From Candidatus Levyibacteriota bacterium (lineage in GTDB: Bacteria; Patescibacteriota; Microgenomatia; Levybacterales; UBA12049): a stretch of 64,000 nt of DNA. Positions 62,106 to 64,000 of the stretch are shown one piece after another. Under the pieces are notes generated by a model that ran no database searches, was not told where the DNA came from, and saw only the letters and a program-made list of their open reading frames with translations. The DNA lies in assembly GCA_038205015.1 (NCBI GenBank), contig JBBRCK010000002.1, positions 33,913-97,912 on the forward strand. Reading direction: 5' to 3'. A program made the translations under genes and the position numbers. Position 1 is the first letter of the stretch. Each line of letters begins with the position of its first letter.

Positions 62106-63245
62106 TCAAATTTTTAGCAGCCATTTAAAGATAGACCTGGTAGATTTGTCTATTCCCTCAAATACATTATCTATTTGTTTAGTATTTGGGAACGTTTCTA
62201 ACGGTAATTTCTTGTTTAGTTCAATTAAATCTTTTGGATTAAATGAAAGTTCCGGTTCTCCTTTAATTTTAGAGAAACTTTTATAGCTTTGATAAATTTT
62301 TGTTTTCTCGCCATCTCTAATAAACGAAAAATTGGCAAACGGTCCTTGCTGTGAATATAAAATAAATGGAGTTATCGCAACAATACTTTCATCATTCCAA
62401 TAGTTAAAAATAGCGTCATTGTAATAATTAGCTTGCGTAGCATCACTTACCGAATCCCTTGACCAGCCGGTTTCGGTTATAAAAACAGGAAGATTTTTTC
62501 CAGAAAGCTCATTTGCAAGCTGTTTTTGATAGTAAAAACTATATATTCCGGTATTAGATTTGGACGGTGGCCTTGAAAACGCCGGGTTAGGATATGAATG
62601 ACTGGCAATTGCATCGATTTTATTAAAAATTCCCGGAACTGCTCCTTCCATTTGGTACATAAAAGAATAGTTATTTATTGATTGGTCGGGAATATTAATT
62701 GAGGCATTATCTAGGCCCCCCATAATTATAAAAAACTCAGGATTTTTTTCTTTAAATGCATCTACCGAATAACTTAAGATATTCGCATACTCAGTAGCAT
62801 CCGGTATTCCTCCCCACTCATCTCCTCTATTTGGTTCGTTGAATATAACGATATATCTATTTTTTGTCGGCCAGGATAAATTATTTAAAAAATTGGCAAA
62901 GTCCAGCACATCATAATCTGTTGGCTTAGACCATGAAATGGTATTAAAATAATCACCGGTTGTAGCAATTCTTAAAATTGGAATTATATGCAGTTTTTTA
63001 CAATCATCCATAAAACTCTGCCATTTAATCAAATCTTTATCTGAGGATTGAATGGGTATTGTCACGTAACCCCAATCACCCCCACTTGAATTTACCAATG
63101 TTGCGGCTTCGGAAATCTCTGAAGGAAATAAAATATGAATCCCAAATTTATTATTAGCATGAGAAGTTGCGTCATAAATTGCAAAGGAGGAACGAGGAAA
63201 TAATAAGAAACATACTAAAAACAATATCAAAATTAGTTTTTTCAT
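62106..63245 (-). CDS. Secreted clan GH-A glycoside hydrolase-like protein
   Basis: Signal peptide; FNEPN (acid/base), HSYP, FITETGW (nucleophile). Confidence 0.75.
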   Translation of the reverse strand: MKKLILILFLVCFLLFPRSSFAIYDATSHANNKFGIHILFPSEISEAATLVNSSGGDWGYVTIPIQSSDKDLIKWQSFMDDCKKLHIIPILRIATTGDYFNTISWSKPTDYDVLDFANFLNNLSWPTKNRYIVIFNEPNRGDEWGGIPDATEYANILSYSVDAFKEKNPEFFIIMGGLDNASINIPDQSINNYSFMYQMEGAVPGIFNKIDAIASHSYPNPAFSRPPSKSNTGIYSFYYQKQLANELSGKNLPVFITETGWSRDSVSDATQANYYNDAIFNYWNDESIVAITPFILYSQQGPFANFSFIRDGEKTKIYQSYKSFSKIKGEPELSFNPKDLIELNKKLPLETFPNTKQIDNVFEGIDKSTRSIFKWLLKI

Positions 63246-63279
63246 AGGCTTGGATATTTTACATCAATATGTAAATTAA

Positions 63280-64000
63280 TTAAACAGAAGAGTATCTTGC
63301 AAAGAGACCGGTTGACAAAAGTCTACTTCTTTCTTTTTCTTCCAAAGCCAGTTCTCCATATTCAATTTTTTCTTTTTGAAAACCTAAATAATCTTCTAGC
63401 ATGTTTGAAAGCATTTGCGAAGAAGATGAAATTGCATAAGCATTAACAATAAAAAATACTGGATTTTGCGATAAAATCTGCTTACAATTTTCTAGAAGTA
63501 TTGGAAAGCTTTTATTAAAGTCCCAAATTTCACCATCCGGTCCATGACCATAAACCGGTGGATCCATAATGATGGCATCATACTTACTGCCTCTTCGTAT
63601 TTCTCTGGCAGTAAAGGCAATTGCATCATCCAGTATCCACCGGATTGGCTTATCGGATAGATTTGATAGTGCTTGATTTTCCTTAGCCCAGGCAATAGAT
63701 GGCTTTGATCCATCTAAATGAGTAACTTTCGCACCATTGACAGCGCAAACTAAAGAAGCAATCCCAGTATATCCGAAAAGATTTAACACATTAATTTCTT
63801 TCTTTGCTATATTTATTTTTTTTTCCATAAACTCCCAATTTATAACTTGTTCAGGAAAAACACCGGTATGCTTAAACGGAGTTAACTTTGCATAAAATTT
63901 AATATTTTTGTAGGACATTTCCCATTTTTGTGGGAAGTCTGACTGTTTATCCCAAGTATCATTTAGAAATGTAGCATCAACTTTTTCCCAAGCTTTTTTA
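63280..64000 (-). CDS. SAM-dependent RlmI/RlmK-like methyltransferase (5' end beyond window)
   Basis: HTGVFPEQ, LNLFGYTG, MDPP; frame stays open upstream of 63918 to the edge (KKAWEKVDATF...). Confidence 0.8.
   Translation of the reverse strand, partial: KKAWEKVDATFLNDTWDKQSDFPQKWEMSYKNIKFYAKLTPFKHTGVFPEQVINWEFMEKKINIAKKEINVLNLFGYTGIASLVCAVNGAKVTHLDGSKPSIAWAKENQALSNLSDKPIRWILDDAIAFTAREIRRGSKYDAIIMDPPVYGHGPDGEIWDFNKSFPILLENCKQILSQNPVFFIVNAYAISSSSQMLSNMLEDYLGFQKEKIEYGELALEEKERSRLLSTGLFARYSSV

Overview
Very gene-dense, AT-rich bacterial chromosome segment using standard code 11 (TGA is the stop of atpB and gatB). The compact gene set, short holA/atpH/rplS, bifunctional PGI/PMI and CCA-less tRNAs suggest a CPR/Patescibacteria genome, probably Microgenomates (inference, not verified). 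Bases 1-27.2 kb form a surface-glycan island. It holds about 8 GT-C-fold membrane glycosyltransferases (two fused to N-terminal GT2 domains), two paralogous Dpm1-like polyprenol-phosphate sugar synthases, Wzx, a WaaL-like ligase, two GT4s, RmlC/RmlD-like enzymes, a CDP-tyvelose-epimerase-like SDR and an NDP-sugar C-methyltransferase, and it ends at tRNA-Thr. Bases 27.3-46.3 kb are one minus-strand run: polX-lemA-htpX-murT-gatD-gatC-His phosphatase-gatA-gatB-GGDEF-dnaE-atpBEFHAGDC. The rest carries tRNA-Asp, LysM, GT87, tRNA-Gly, pyrG, rplS, uvrB/lexA, dedA, rsmI, eno, ppsA, pgi/pmi, a phosphomannomutase, holA, a zincin, YkuK, a GH-A hydrolase and a partial methyltransferase. Best leads: (1) a lipid-linked glycosylation system with GT2-GT-C fusions, small coupled membrane ORFs and a probable C-methyl-branched sugar; (2) pervasive leaderless promoter architecture, with strong Shine-Dalgarno sites seen at only four genes; (3) a tRNA whose 3' end lies 4 nt from the next start codon. 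No CRISPR array, rRNA, integrase, transposase or reverse transcriptase was seen. All family assignments are by eye from motifs; no searches were run.
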